Part shown: positions 28,901 through 39,021 of the stretch, piece after piece
How the letters are laid out: the number at the start of each line of letters is the position of its first letter
Numbering within the stretch: the first letter of the stretch is position 1
Assembly (NCBI GenBank): GCA_009859145.1
Contig: VRVR01000046.1
Coordinates: forward strand, 124,001 to 188,000
Reading direction: 5' to 3'
DNA: 64,000 nt
Source of the DNA: Andalucia godoyi And28
Taxonomy: Eukaryota > Protista > Jakobida
Made by a program: the position numbers and the translations under genes
The notes under the pieces: model-generated
Seen by the model: the letters and a program-made list of their open reading frames with translations, nothing else
The model's database searches: none
What the model was told of the DNA's origin: nothing

Positions 28901-30148
28901 AATCTCAACACAACCAGAGGATGGCTTTCCAAAAACAAAGTTTCCCGAAGATGCGTGGACACGCGACGGAAGCAGAACATAAGAACAATCGCTGAGAATG
29001 AAATGCGCTAATGACACATAACAAGACTTCTCTCCAGGCGATAGTGAACGAGAAATGGAGGATAGCTTTTCCAGGGATTGTCGACTTGCAGAAGCGTCAA
29101 ACGACATGGATCGCAACAAGTGCAGAAGATTCGTGACAGAACCAGTGATGAAACAAACAGAGAGGGCAGCACACAGACTTTCTGACACGACTCCCTTTGA
29201 AGACTTGTATATTTTCATCAATGCGTCAAACGCATGGTCAAAACCGGAAATCATCCCGGTACTCAACACATCCGTCAGAGGAGACTTCTTTCGACTTACT
29301 CGTGCAGTAAATGCGCTTGCAGAAGTCGTCGATGAATACAGAGAGCGAAGTGCCATGTTTCGATTTCTTTCCAAACAGTAATGGTTGATGATTTCTTCTG
29401 CTTGGGAAGGTATTTCCTCTCGCAATGCTTCTTCGAGCGGACATTCAAAACAAGAGCTCAGCATCATCCAAATGGATTCCGACTTTGATTGTGGATGGGG
29501 AATAACAGCCGGATTTGGAAGATGCAAACCAATTCGCTTGTCGTCTATAAATGCGGTGGTGGAATCGGCAGAGAGCCGAAGGACAACGTTTGTTCGCTTT
29601 GAAATGACTACAGTACAACACCGTGTGCTGCCGTCTTCTCCGAATTGGATGACATCCACTTCAATGTTCTCAAAATCAACTTTTTGACGAAACACGACAT
29701 ATGTGCTGCACAGCAGGAACTTACAAAAAGAGATGCAAACATTCGAGAGCAACCGACCAGCATCGATCAGAAGGCTGCATTTTGTCCAGGAATTCGTTTT
29801 GGAGGACCATTTCCACAGTTCATTTGATCGATCAAGCACAGCCACATACCTTCCAGCATCAGATACGGCAAGTTCCGAGGCACCCGATATCTCTGATTCA
29901 AGACTTGATGAGTTCCTCCTCAGCAAGTTGGAAAACGAAAACGATTTCTTCGGCAATGCTTGGTTGTTCTCCAAAACCGCACCCCCCTTCAGGCTGGCGC
30001 GAAGATCGGGAGACAGTTTGGGTAGAGAGTTTGTTATCCCGGTTGCGAGAACTGACAACGTGATTCGAATTGATTTTTCCACATTGCATTCCACGGTGTA
30101 GCTACCATCCGCCGATTGTGCGAAACATTTGGACATGGTGCTCTGCAA
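25970..30148 (-). CDS. Large hypothetical protein (beta-rich N-terminus, helical middle, Pro/Ser-rich C-terminus)
   Basis: 1392-aa uninterrupted ORF, ATG start, TAA stop; no family recognised. Confidence 0.85.
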   Translation of the reverse strand: MQSTMSKCFAQSADGSYTVECNVEKSIRITLSVLATGITNSLPKLSPDLRASLKGGAVLENNQALPKKSFSFSNLLRRNSSSLESEISGASELAVSDAGRYVAVLDRSNELWKWSSKTNSWTKCSLLIDAGRLLSNVCISFCKFLLCSTYVVFRQKVDFENIEVDVIQFGEDGSTRCCTVVISKRTNVVLRLSADSTTAFIDDKRIGLHLPNPAVIPHPQSKSESIWMMLSSCFECPLEEALREEIPSQAEEIINHYCLERNRNMALRSLYSSTTSASAFTARVSRKKSPLTDVLSTGMISGFDHAFDALMKIYKSSKGVVSESLCAALSVCFITGSVTNLLHLLRSMSFDASASRQSLEKLSSISRSLSPGEKSCYVSLAHFILSDCSYVLLPSRVHASSGNFVFGKPSSGCVEIANSKEFHRALTFSNALDFLFISGNIRTALRICLNEQNSSELYRLCEFLGPNSALLRDELIRFSSQSVHIGLITPAFVCFLMSDFVGAADLSSRIRVQVFDDLFSRAVEVLKREFGSLQKNICNTSSADFFEDVEQRVSHLDDSLRNVFSPSREGIQSIQNRAPTETMSLEDRLDCIVACSFCLAHLDPSQSTDNGNAPLVRAELLDDLERMLIRYAYLVYLLGLISVGAKLQYAYCDLLCFAEFYQQPHVFQNLILDQNPEETVFFRAGLHRTDALAPHLRAKAEKFVVDRNLSAPSFRDVEPVLFSTQSQNTLAAFSFASSYFTPECVGRIDFSYEKNSMLYMDFLDRLDRSLRFSSDVSSSQLMNALMLNDSRSISPASESSKQSAVLSSPVSIDTAIDAGRIVQCPEPVRPAVLPVPPRSMKSVSTETSAFASNNETVSVVPASLLVQNPPAILKIETGTDPVVFEPEVSLKKSSLLLPSKITERESTPVMLDLAKRQSPRISIVQLMDAEFSGRDTPSRESESVSSVSPRVSGKQPGLANVPHTPSNSGSVSPTRRHSLFRKVAAAADPEREASQPILPHENRPKENKEFKDFSCQAVSRLSSTDASTDPVPEKRHENVLHDAVLAPQQNLAGPQRWAQTSVRPLRIMHEKREAVAPTKNISTSKVRLLRIAQPVVEIQIPERNLGAPLGNQAVTAQQLRILRLPSRLPAPSAPQVSRVISTQTASPRNEAPKCVVPVLMDDLSFLKNISPTPVVEKVSAPVQTDQEIRPPDGSPILVTPTGVPVSDTAPSNLQLTAIKPELLTSSKAATGQFLHVSNLNESQFLEDAGQILQESADFVEMPSITSLLAKVNALDVKVHQAMDKSYSDADFLQVAPVREFPVTPLPQEVAGRAPDMLEDIEKMLSQLQGSSVPSTRIETAEEIIDRRKLHDAMPSRVSYGSHMAQRLSKSRASQVENNTKHRLEKAFQLIKS

Positions 30149-30648
30149 TGAATGCGCGGAGGACTACAGATCGATGATTAAGATCAGTATACTTATATAC
30201 AAATTAACAGCGCCAATACGTAACTGGAAAAATTCTGGAAACAGTGGAGTTTCACAACAGGACGAAAAAGATTAAAGAAAAGGTAAGCAGGCAAGTTCGT
30301 GGTGTTTTAGATGATCCACACGTCTGATGGTCATTGAGAATTCGAGATGCCCAACACGACGGGTTCCTGACAGAAAATCACGATTCCCAAAGCAGTCGGG
30401 GAAAATTCAGGAGACTGGGGGGAATCTTGTCAAAATCTTATTTAACGATTCGACTAGACTGCCATTCTTATCGTGCAATTCATTTGGAGCGAAACTTTTT
30501 TGGTTTGTGCTTGTTGCACGCGACCGCACGCGACCTTCTTTTAAAAAATTTGCTTGTGAAACCTCGTTCTGTACTGTGACTCGTCGCTCATTGGTGCATT
30601 GTTCGCGAGGGTGGATTGATAGGCGGGAATCATCGAGTATAAACAGAT

Positions 30649-31521
30649 ATGCCTCGAATTACATCTGTGCACGAAGCTGTTGCCAACCGAAATGCTGCCG
30701 CTCCTTCGAGTTTTGCAAAGATGCAGATGATGAAAATGGGATGGATTGAGGGGCAGGGCCTCGGGGCGAATGCCACAGGAGACGTGCAGCCTGTACACGT
30801 GTCCAAGAAAGACAATGTTCTTGGTGTCGGTTCTGTGTGGCAAAGCGGGCACTCCATTGCAGTGTCTTCATTTGAGGGCGCTCTCAAGAAATTTGCGATA
30901 TGCACTGGAAATGACGACGACGACGACGACCACTCGAATTCCTCCGAATCTGAGAGCGAAGACAGTCTTCTGCAGACTTCTGGTTCTCAAGAAACTTCAG
31001 CACCAGAAAGCCGTCCAAGTTCCGCTCTTGTCGGGGACGCTACGTCGCGTGACGAAAAGTTATTTGAAAAGTGCGAATTTCGAACACTGCGGCGTTTTAC
31101 CCCTCTTGGAAAATTGAAACGGATTGCAGACTATGATACCACAAATTCCGAAAGCGGATCCAAGGAATTTGTAGCACGAGTAATTGTGTCCCGTACGGAG
31201 TCCAATGAAAATCTAAACAGAAAACGTGCATCGGCGGATTCCGTGATTTGTACAGATGTAGAGCAAAAGCAGAAAAAGGCACGAACAGTCGGCAGTGAAC
31301 CTGCAAAGGCCCGATCAAAGGGAGGGTCCATCGATCCCGAGATTGACGCGGGAAGGAAAGAAAGAAAAGAGAAGAGAGACAAAAAAGGAGACAAGAGAAA
31401 AGAGGAAAGCGCTGAAAAGACGGAGCGTAAGAAGGACAAGAAGGAACGGAGGAACAAGGAGAAATCAAAGGTGGACATGGACGGGAAGGAAAAGAAATCA
31501 AAGAAGGACAGGAACTTATGA
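30649..31521 (+). CDS. G-patch protein with KKE/D tail (PINX1/Pxr1 or GPATCH4-like)
   Basis: G-patch SSFAKMQMMKMGWIEGQGLG..VHVSKKDNVLGVG; Lys/Glu-rich C-terminus typical of nucleolar proteins. Confidence 0.8.
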   Translation: MPRITSVHEAVANRNAAAPSSFAKMQMMKMGWIEGQGLGANATGDVQPVHVSKKDNVLGVGSVWQSGHSIAVSSFEGALKKFAICTGNDDDDDDHSNSSESESEDSLLQTSGSQETSAPESRPSSALVGDATSRDEKLFEKCEFRTLRRFTPLGKLKRIADYDTTNSESGSKEFVARVIVSRTESNENLNRKRASADSVICTDVEQKQKKARTVGSEPAKARSKGGSIDPEIDAGRKERKEKRDKKGDKRKEESAEKTERKKDKKERRNKEKSKVDMDGKEKKSKKDRNL

Positions 31522-31582
31522 AAAACGACATGATGCGGAGCTGCCGTCAGAAGGGCTTAGCCAGCACCCAGAAGGACAAGAA

Positions 31583-33043
31583 TTACTTTGCGTCTCGAAT
31601 CCAAAAGAAAGATTCTGCTTTTCTTCTGGAATGCTCCAAATGGTTTCTCGTCACCATCGTCTTCAGTTTTCGTCGTAGGAGCGAAACAAAGTCGACGGAT
31701 GCATCGGTTAAGAATGGGTCGTCTGGCATATCACTCACTGCCTGTTTTGAAATGTCGACAATAGACAATGCGGACTTCTCCGATCTTGCTCCGGCTTCGT
31801 GGAGGATGTTCCAGATGACGGATTCCGGAATAATTTCGTCGGCTACCTCGAGGGGCAAAGCTGCAGAATGGGAGCTCAACCAAATGCTGATCTTCTTCTT
31901 GAAAATGTTTCCTTTCCAAAATACAGGGCCATGAAGAGAGAATATTGCGTTTTCTTCATTGAACAGTGATGCACAATATTCAGCAATCTGTTCTTTTGTT
32001 ACCACTGGACAGTGTTCGTCATGCCGTTCTGACTGTTTTTGTAGATCCTGTACGGTGTCATAAAGTCTTTCAATGGCCACGCATGTTGATTCCGAAAATG
32101 CTCCTAGGACATACAACGCCTCAATCACCAGATCTGCTGTGTCACTCTTTTGGTTCTTCGCATTCTGAATCGGAATACGCGCCCTCCGTCCCTCGTAGGA
32201 AAAGAACACTCGATTATCAGGAGACACGATCAAGTTTTCCAAATGCTCCTGCTTTCGCAGAGAAGTGAAAAGTCCTCGCAATTCCGGTATGCTCAGACCT
32301 GCCAGTGCAGGAATTGTCTCCGGTATCTGGTAGAGTGGAATTGAAGAGACAATGTCTCGAGATCCTATCCTCTCCAAAAGTTGGCAAATTGCACGACCGC
32401 TGAAAACCTCGTGTTCTGCGGGCACAGGAGAATGAACATCCAGTACCAACACAGGGACGCTCAGCGACTTGTTCAGTTCAGTGTCCTTCAGCTGCAACCT
32501 ATTCTTCACCATCTGTTGCAAGGACTCAAACAGGCAAGACGACTCTGCATATGAGAAGACGCACTGCGGAGACACTTTAACAGAATTAATGGAGGACATT
32601 TGTCCGTCGCCCAAAATCTCAGCAAGGCACATGAGAATCGAGAACAGCTCTGAGCACTGACGCAGTTCCATCCCCATAAGGTGACGCATGAGATTGCTCC
32701 TCTTGTAAAACAAATCAAGACAGCCATGAACGCTTGATGACTGAACTACGAGGCTACCGATCTGGCAATCTTCGAAAAGAAGAAAAAGACCTCTGCAAGC
32801 TGTGCAGTCTCGAATGATCAATTCTGAAACCACCCATCCTTGAAGGGGGACAACAGCAGCACATTGGAGTTCATCGTCCCCTGTATCATAGATTCCCGAA
32901 AAAATGATGATGGAAAACCGGAGTTCAGAAAAGAGCGACAGCGTCTCGTATGCCTCCGCAAGTGAGCAATCCTCAATTGCAATTTCCTTGCGGACTTCCT
33001 CTTCCTCTTCTTCTTCCTCTTTTTCTTTTCCTTCTTCTTGCAT
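31583..33043 (-). CDS. Hypothetical protein
   Basis: Long ORF; first ATG at MQEEGKEK (33043); no family recognised. Confidence 0.7.
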   Translation of the reverse strand: MQEEGKEKEEEEEEEEVRKEIAIEDCSLAEAYETLSLFSELRFSIIIFSGIYDTGDDELQCAAVVPLQGWVVSELIIRDCTACRGLFLLFEDCQIGSLVVQSSSVHGCLDLFYKRSNLMRHLMGMELRQCSELFSILMCLAEILGDGQMSSINSVKVSPQCVFSYAESSCLFESLQQMVKNRLQLKDTELNKSLSVPVLVLDVHSPVPAEHEVFSGRAICQLLERIGSRDIVSSIPLYQIPETIPALAGLSIPELRGLFTSLRKQEHLENLIVSPDNRVFFSYEGRRARIPIQNAKNQKSDTADLVIEALYVLGAFSESTCVAIERLYDTVQDLQKQSERHDEHCPVVTKEQIAEYCASLFNEENAIFSLHGPVFWKGNIFKKKISIWLSSHSAALPLEVADEIIPESVIWNILHEAGARSEKSALSIVDISKQAVSDMPDDPFLTDASVDFVSLLRRKLKTMVTRNHLEHSRRKAESFFWIRDAK

Positions 33044-33367
33044 TTGATCGTCTGCAGTCGGAGGTCCGAGCAATCAGCAATCCGGGGCAGCCCTGTAACA
33101 GTGCACAATGCAGAAGATGCAGCGTGCAGACGATTCGAATTTCGAAACCCGGTGCCGCTGCGCACTGCACTTTCCCCAAGTTTCCCCCCCCCCCCGCAAG
33201 GACACAACGCGCGTCAAGTGTCACTCAAGCCTGCACCTTATCTTTTCAAAAAAGGCATCTCCCTTCTTCTCTTCAAACCAACACGACTCCGCGACTTGTT
33301 CTCGAAAGGAGAGGAAGCCCTTTCCGCCCTCTCTTGCTTTTTTCATTTTGCGATTATCAATCAACTC

Positions 33368-34309
33368 ATGGATGCAGTGAAAGAGAAGAAATCACGTTAT
33401 CTATCTGCTGCGCTGGTAATTCGAAAATATTTGAATTGTCATAATTTTCGAGCACTGAATGCTGTTTCCTTGCCTTCGCTCATTCGTGAGTTGCGAAAGA
33501 CCACACAAATCTTTCGTTTCTTGGAAGATGTTCGACAAGAGGTCCAAGTTCGAAGCTTTGTAACGTTTGTGTCCCGCTGCATCCGTTGTGCAGAAGAAGC
33601 AGACATTGTTCGGTGTGATATGGGAAAAGTGTGCGAACTTCGTGGGCTCGCAGACGATCTCGGACATCCGTTGCCAACGCTTTTGACGAGAATTCCGCAG
33701 TTCTTCCGCTTTTTGGACCTTTTGCTGATGGTAGAAGAGTATCATCTGAAGTTCCACGATTGGCCGACATTGGAACGCCTGAATGCGCAATTTGGGAACG
33801 GATCCGACAGTTCTGCATCGTCGCTGCGATCTGATTTTCGTGAATTGTTCCCGTGGCTTACTGGCACTTCCCAGCCCATTTTTGTGGTGGAGGACTCTGA
33901 TATTGGTATCCAATTTACTTTTGAAGTCCTATCGCTCATACTTAAATTCTGGAACTTTGAGGTGGGTGAACTGCCTGACCTTGATTCCACCGCAAAGTAT
34001 CCTCTCGGAACGGTGCTTGCATTCCGCACTCCTGATGAAGACTTGGACGACTTCTGGCTTGGCGTGGCGCTGCAAAACGTACACTCGCTGAAGGGATCTG
34101 TACGGATGGTTTACTTTGATATTCAAGCGTTGCATACTGGTCTTGGAGACGCGTATCGAATCCATTCTTTTGATGCCGAAGATGCAACCACAATTCTCGG
34201 CAAAGTTGAAATGCTAGTCATTCCAGGAAGAATTCCAGTTTTCCGTCTCACCAAAGAAGAGCAAAAGCGAGTGGTAAGGATGGCGCAAGAAGACCTTCTT
34301 GCCTCATAA
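33368..34309 (+). CDS. Hypothetical protein
   Basis: Long ORF with likely start MDAVKEKKSRY after a pyrimidine-rich leader. The upstream in-frame extension looks non-coding. Confidence 0.7.
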   Translation: MDAVKEKKSRYLSAALVIRKYLNCHNFRALNAVSLPSLIRELRKTTQIFRFLEDVRQEVQVRSFVTFVSRCIRCAEEADIVRCDMGKVCELRGLADDLGHPLPTLLTRIPQFFRFLDLLLMVEEYHLKFHDWPTLERLNAQFGNGSDSSASSLRSDFRELFPWLTGTSQPIFVVEDSDIGIQFTFEVLSLILKFWNFEVGELPDLDSTAKYPLGTVLAFRTPDEDLDDFWLGVALQNVHSLKGSVRMVYFDIQALHTGLGDAYRIHSFDAEDATTILGKVEMLVIPGRIPVFRLTKEEQKRVVRMAQEDLLAS

Positions 34310-34317
34310 ACCGGGGA

Positions 34318-34578
34318 CTACGCTGCAGGAACGAAGACAGTGCATACTACTGAGGAATCGTCCAATTTTCGAGCGTCTTTGCCGCAGACTTGGACCATCA
34401 GAAGATCGTCAGAGACTTTCCTTGTGCAGGTCTCAATCTCACAGCCATCTGGGACACCGTCTGCGATTATCTTCAACAGGTCTTCAGGCACCTTTCCGTG
34501 GTTCGCCCGGGCAGAGTGAAGAGTGTTGCTGATTGAAATGAGCAAGCGCACATGCCGATCCATGTCCGCGTATTTCAT
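34318..34578 (-). CDS. Small hypothetical protein (possibly a terminal exon)
   Basis: 86-aa ATG ORF with globular composition, converging 8 nt from the previous stop codon. Confidence 0.4.
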   Translation of the reverse strand: MKYADMDRHVRLLISISNTLHSARANHGKVPEDLLKIIADGVPDGCEIETCTRKVSDDLLMVQVCGKDARKLDDSSVVCTVFVPAA

Positions 34579-35253
34579 TACGAGGGTACTACGAAACCGA
34601 GAAACTACGTAAAGAAATGATGTCCACAGTTGATTAGAAGACGAATGAGATCATCAAGGTAACTCGAGGGGGAAGAGGGAGGAACGCCATACAAGCTGCT
34701 GAAACAACAGTGACCAGTGCCATTGCGGACACGGTTCCGGCAAGTGACAGATATCCGCTCATGCAGCGCAGCAGTGGTCAACGAGAAACATGTGCAATGC
34801 GAATACAGAACAAGAAAAAAAAAGGCCCTGCCTGGGTGTTGCTTCTTCGTAAAATGCACTTCGTTGGTCCGCTGCCTGTCTCGTGTACTACTTTCCCTCA
34901 GCTCTCAGAACTCGGAGCGCTCAGCACGTCGAAAACTGGAAATACCTGGGCACAGAATGCCAGTCCACACAAAAGACAGATCGGAAGAAGCAAAAATGAT
35001 CCAGAAGCAGCGCGCTCTCGCACAGCCGGACATCAAAGTGCATCAAAAGTCCCCCCCGATTTGCCATGAAACATCGGGGACAAAACAAACAGACGAACAG
35101 AACGCAAAAGCTGCTTTTCAGAGCGCGTGCTGTTGTTATTGGTATCTCAGTCTATTTGCGGCATTTCCTCCCCTCTTTGCATTAATTCATTTGGATCTTC
35201 GTTTTGTGTGGTGGGATACGCTGCCCGTCGCCGCTTTTCAATTGTGTGTACAA

Positions 35254-36249
35254 ATGCAATCTTTTCTTTTGTGGACGCCGTTGTTTGCCACAGTGCTGTT
35301 GATTGTCGGCACTCTTGTATCTCGGTATGTTTGGAAGAAGCCGTCAAACAGCTCTCCGGTTACGGGGAGTGCAACGTCTGCAAAGGTGACGAAGCCCAAT
35401 ACTGCGAGCGGTGTTCTGACAGCGTCCTCACCGCCCAGGCCAACTGGCTCAAGGCAACCGTTGTTGCGCACACCTTCTGCCGACGGGTCTGATGTCAATG
35501 ATGACCGCAGCGAAGCGTCCTCTGCGCAAATCGCTTCTCCGAACTTCTCGCACGTTGCAGCAATGAGTGTGAGTACTTCCGATGCAGCTTTGGACGATGA
35601 CGGTGCGGGAGTCTTTCCAGAAGTCGTTGCTGTTGCTGGGAATTCAAGTCCTGGAGCTCGCACTCGAAAGCGTTCCAAATCACAGCTCGCGGCGTCCGCA
35701 GCGCTGGAGTCAGAACGCCCAGAGGATGAAGATTTGGAAGAGCTCTTTCAGCTGGGAAGAGCAGTTGAAGAAGAAGGGGAGGTGTCTCTTGCATTGCGCT
35801 GCTACTTGGCCTGCGTGTCTTCCCGATCAGGGAAACCCTTTCCTTCTGTCACACTTTGCCTTCGACGGACTGCAGACTTGTTTTTCCGGATGGGGGAATT
35901 TGAAAAGGCTGCAAAGTTTTTGAATGCTGAAAAACTGATCTACGAAAACGCCCTTCTCAATTCACAAGGTTCGTCCAACCGGGCACAGGCATGCATTGCA
36001 TTGTCCAAAATCATGGCGAGCGAAGGGTATTTGGACATGGCCGTTCGATATCGTCAACGCGCAGAAAAACTTGGCAGTGCATCTGCTACGCCTTTCGACG
36101 GCGTCAACTCTCGTGACGAACTGGATCTGTATGCTGCGCGCGGGAAGCTGAAGTACATGGAAACGCTGCGAAGGTACAACTCGGCCAAATCGCTTCCATC
36201 CAAGAAATCAGCAACGGCGACTCCAGTACAAACCCCATCCTCTTCTTGA
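35254..36249 (+). CDS. Membrane-anchored protein with TPR-like, consortin-like domain
   Basis: N-terminal TM segment (MQSFLLWTPLFATVLLIVGTLV), Ser-rich linker, then helical repeat LALRCYLAC..LCLRRTADLFFRMGEFEKAAKFLNAEKLIYE. The true start is probably 35254, not 34717. Confidence 0.65.
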   Translation: MQSFLLWTPLFATVLLIVGTLVSRYVWKKPSNSSPVTGSATSAKVTKPNTASGVLTASSPPRPTGSRQPLLRTPSADGSDVNDDRSEASSAQIASPNFSHVAAMSVSTSDAALDDDGAGVFPEVVAVAGNSSPGARTRKRSKSQLAASAALESERPEDEDLEELFQLGRAVEEEGEVSLALRCYLACVSSRSGKPFPSVTLCLRRTADLFFRMGEFEKAAKFLNAEKLIYENALLNSQGSSNRAQACIALSKIMASEGYLDMAVRYRQRAEKLGSASATPFDGVNSRDELDLYAARGKLKYMETLRRYNSAKSLPSKKSATATPVQTPSSS

Positions 36250-36315
36250 AAACTCGTGTTCATTGGTTTTCTGTATCTATCTTTTCTTTTATTGCCTTTT
36301 GTATTAACTTATTAC

Positions 36316-36446
36316 CTCTCTCTCTGTCTCTCTCTCTCTGTCTCTCTCTTCATCGTTTCCGATGGAATTTGTACGATACCTGTGATAGTAGTTGTGATAG
36401 TAGTTGTGGTTGTGGCTGTGGGAGTAGGAGTAGGAGTAGGAGTAGT
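36316..36446. repeat. (CT)n and degenerate 6-mer microsatellites (GTAGTT/GGAGTA)
   Basis: Seen directly in the 3' spacer. Confidence 0.85.
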
Positions 36447-36605
36447 CAATGTTTTGTCCTATTTCTCTCCTATGAAAAACATCTTCTCACCTCAAAAACA
36501 CACAATAAATTGAACAAATAAGACCGAAAGCAAGGTTCGTTGCGTACTGTACAGATTTTTTACCACTTCTCTTTTTACACTCCCATCACCCTTCATAGCA
36601 GCAAC

Positions 36606-37025
36606 CTAATTGGAGAACACCCATTCGAATCTTTCTCGTGCAAATTCCTTCTGTTCGTCTGAGAAGTCGTCGACAATGCCGAGTGCCGATTGCATTTCGC
36701 TGGTTGTCTTACCGCGAATCATGTCTGCGATGCGCACACAGCACACTTCGGAAAGCGTCTTCATCTTCAAGGATTGTGCGGCCTTGAGCAGAAGCAGCCA
36801 GTCTCTCGCAGAAGACCCCACCATAAACGGAGACGGAGCTGCCGAAAACTGATTTTCACAATACTGAGCAATGTTTCCGGCACACTCTGCAGAAAACGCA
36901 ACCGACAGAGACTTTTTCCCGCTCAGAAACGCATCGGCAACAACAGAAGAGAACTGAGACAGCAGCTCACCATCGCAATTCACGCCTTCGCTCTGAGATC
37001 CGCATACCAGGGAAAACAAAGACAT
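36606..37025 (-). CDS. SKP1-like protein
   Basis: LLLLKAAQSLKMKTLSEVCCVRIADMIRGKTTSEMQSALGIVDDFSDEQKEFARERFEW is the Skp1 dimerisation-domain pattern; divergent POZ half. Start at MSLFSLV. Confidence 0.8.
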   Translation of the reverse strand: MSLFSLVCGSQSEGVNCDGELLSQFSSVVADAFLSGKKSLSVAFSAECAGNIAQYCENQFSAAPSPFMVGSSARDWLLLLKAAQSLKMKTLSEVCCVRIADMIRGKTTSEMQSALGIVDDFSDEQKEFARERFEWVFSN

Positions 37026-37040
37026 GGCAATCACCCTCCT

Positions 37041-37072
37041 TGAAACCCTGAAATCCTGAAACCCTGAGATCC
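37041..37072. repeat. 4x degenerate 8-mer TGAAACCC, telomere-like
   Basis: TGAAACCC TGAAATCC TGAAACCC TGAGATCC, just upstream of the SKP1-like ATG. Confidence 0.7.
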
Positions 37073-37199
37073 AGACACACGCGTTTCGAAACAATCGACC
37101 AAGATTCAGGACGCATGGAAAGCAGGGCAACGCCAGCCTCGAAAATGTCCCTTTTGTTGTGTTCGTACGGTGATTGTGCTTTTGGTGGTCTGCTGACTA

Positions 37200-37213
37200 G
37201 CATCACGTGATGC
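37200..37213. promoter_or_regulatory. Perfect 14-bp palindrome GCATCACGTGATGC (E-box core) in a divergent promoter
   Basis: Palindrome seen directly; function inferred. Confidence 0.35.
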
Positions 37214-37731
37214 ATAAACGAGAAGAAGTTGGGGAGGGCACGCTGGACAGTTGACACTTGACAGGCGGAATCGGAAAAGCTTTTCTGTGATCAAAAACGG
37301 TCCTTTCATTCGGGGATTAGTCACAAAGTGCCTTCTGGACTGCTCTCACTCCAACTCTCTCTCTCTCTCTCTCTCTATCTCAATAGGTACCGGTATCAAT
37401 CTCAAATCTCTCTCACACCGTGCTCCATTTTCCCCATCTTTTTCTCCTGCTGTGCTGATTCTCCTTCATCCAATTCCGGTTTTTGGCTTTTTCTCTCTCT
37501 TTCGCAGTTCGCTTCTTTTCTCCTTTCTTTTTCTTTTCTCCTTTCTTTTTCTTTTCTCTTGCCCTTGCATGTTCTTCCTTCCGTGATTGTACTTTTCATT
37601 TCCTCTACAACCATTCTGCGGGATTTTCCTCGAGCTGGAGACTAAGGGGGGGAAAAAAACACCCAGACAAAAAACAAGGACTGCTGCTCTGACCACCTTT
37701 TGGGTATTTTAAGGAAAAAAAAAAGAAGAAT

Positions 37732-39021
37732 ATGTCCGCGCCAGAGGTTTCCATTAGTCCCGGGACTCCCCAATCAGAGACTTCGCGTTCGAATACCACG
37801 TTCGAGTCTGACTCGAACGCAAGTTTCCCCGCATCAAACGACCAGAGCACGACGGATAATTCCACGTTGAAGGAGCCTCCAACAGCTATCAGCGTTGCAA
37901 ATGACAATAGTAATGCAGTCAGCAGCGACAACAGCAACAACAGTAGCAGGAGCCCTGGGAGCGGCATGTCGGGCAGCAATAGCAACTTTGGCGACTCGGA
38001 TTCCGAGTCTGACGACAAGAATGCGTCCCGTCTGTCTGTCGATCGCTACGGGTTTATCACGAACGAAGCCGATGCCGTTGCCCATTCACCTGCATCAGTC
38101 CGCAGAGCGTCGATTGCACTGGAAAATTCGCGTTCTGACAAGTGGGTTAAGATGCTCAAATCTTGGGATCGGTACAAGGTGGAGAAGTATGACAAGCTCA
38201 AGAGACGAGTTCGAAAAGGCATTCCAGATCGTTGCAGAGGACAGGCATGGTCGTATTTTGTGGATACCAAGGAAAGACGCGCCAAGTTTCCGACAAAGTA
38301 CTACGAGGATCTTGTGCTGAAAGGCAACGACGAATTTCGCGAAGTGATTGAGAGGGATCTGTCGCGTACTTTCCCAAAACACGAATGGTTTAGAGAAAAA
38401 GGAGGAAAGGGACAGCAAGCATTGTACAATGTGTTGATTGCCTTGGCGTCGCACAATCCAGAAGTAGGGTATTGTCAAGGAATGGGGTTTGTAACGGCAA
38501 TGGCGCTGTCGTATCTATCTGAAGAAGACGCCTTCTGGCTGATGATGTGCCTCATGGAAAAGTTATCGTTGGATGGGTTGTTTGCTCCGGGGTTCCCAAG
38601 ACTCCGGTCGTCATTCTACGTGCTGGAAAGCCTGCTCGAACAGCACTACCCAAAGATTGGTGCGCATCTGGAAAAAGAACAAGTGGACATGTCATTGTAT
38701 GCATCTCAGTGGTTTCTTACGATGTTCATCAACATGTTTCCTTTTCCTGTTGTGCTGCGCATCTGGGATATGTTTTTGTTTGAAGGATGGAAAATCTTCT
38801 TCCGTGTTGCGTTGCTGATTCTGAAGTTCAACGAGAAGTTGATTATGGGAAGGAGCTTTGACTCCATTATCATGTCAATCAAGGATTTTTGTGAGAACCC
38901 CGAGATGAAGGATGAAAATTGGGTCATTACGAACGCTCTGAGGATCGACGTTGCCACCAAGGAAGTTGATGACTTGTACGATGAATACAGAGGCAAGAAT
39001 CCGGGTGTCAAGCGTTGCTAA
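37732..39021 (+). CDS. TBC-domain Rab GTPase-activating protein (TBC1D10/EVI5-like)
   Basis: VDRYGF, RKGIPDRCRGQAW, IERDLSRTFP (Arg finger), GYCQGM (Gln finger), EEDAFW, YASQWFLTMF, RIWDMFLFEG. Confidence 0.93.
   Translation: MSAPEVSISPGTPQSETSRSNTTFESDSNASFPASNDQSTTDNSTLKEPPTAISVANDNSNAVSSDNSNNSSRSPGSGMSGSNSNFGDSDSESDDKNASRLSVDRYGFITNEADAVAHSPASVRRASIALENSRSDKWVKMLKSWDRYKVEKYDKLKRRVRKGIPDRCRGQAWSYFVDTKERRAKFPTKYYEDLVLKGNDEFREVIERDLSRTFPKHEWFREKGGKGQQALYNVLIALASHNPEVGYCQGMGFVTAMALSYLSEEDAFWLMMCLMEKLSLDGLFAPGFPRLRSSFYVLESLLEQHYPKIGAHLEKEQVDMSLYASQWFLTMFINMFPFPVVLRIWDMFLFEGWKIFFRVALLILKFNEKLIMGRSFDSIIMSIKDFCENPEMKDENWVITNALRIDVATKEVDDLYDEYRGKNPGVKRC

Noticed and set aside
30516-30535. Tandem 10-mer GCACGCGACC x2
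   Set aside because: Only two units and no recurrence elsewhere; probably slippage.
34717-35253. N-terminal extension of the consortin-like ORF
   Set aside because: Non-ATG start and intergenic-like composition; the pyrimidine leader points to ATG 35254.
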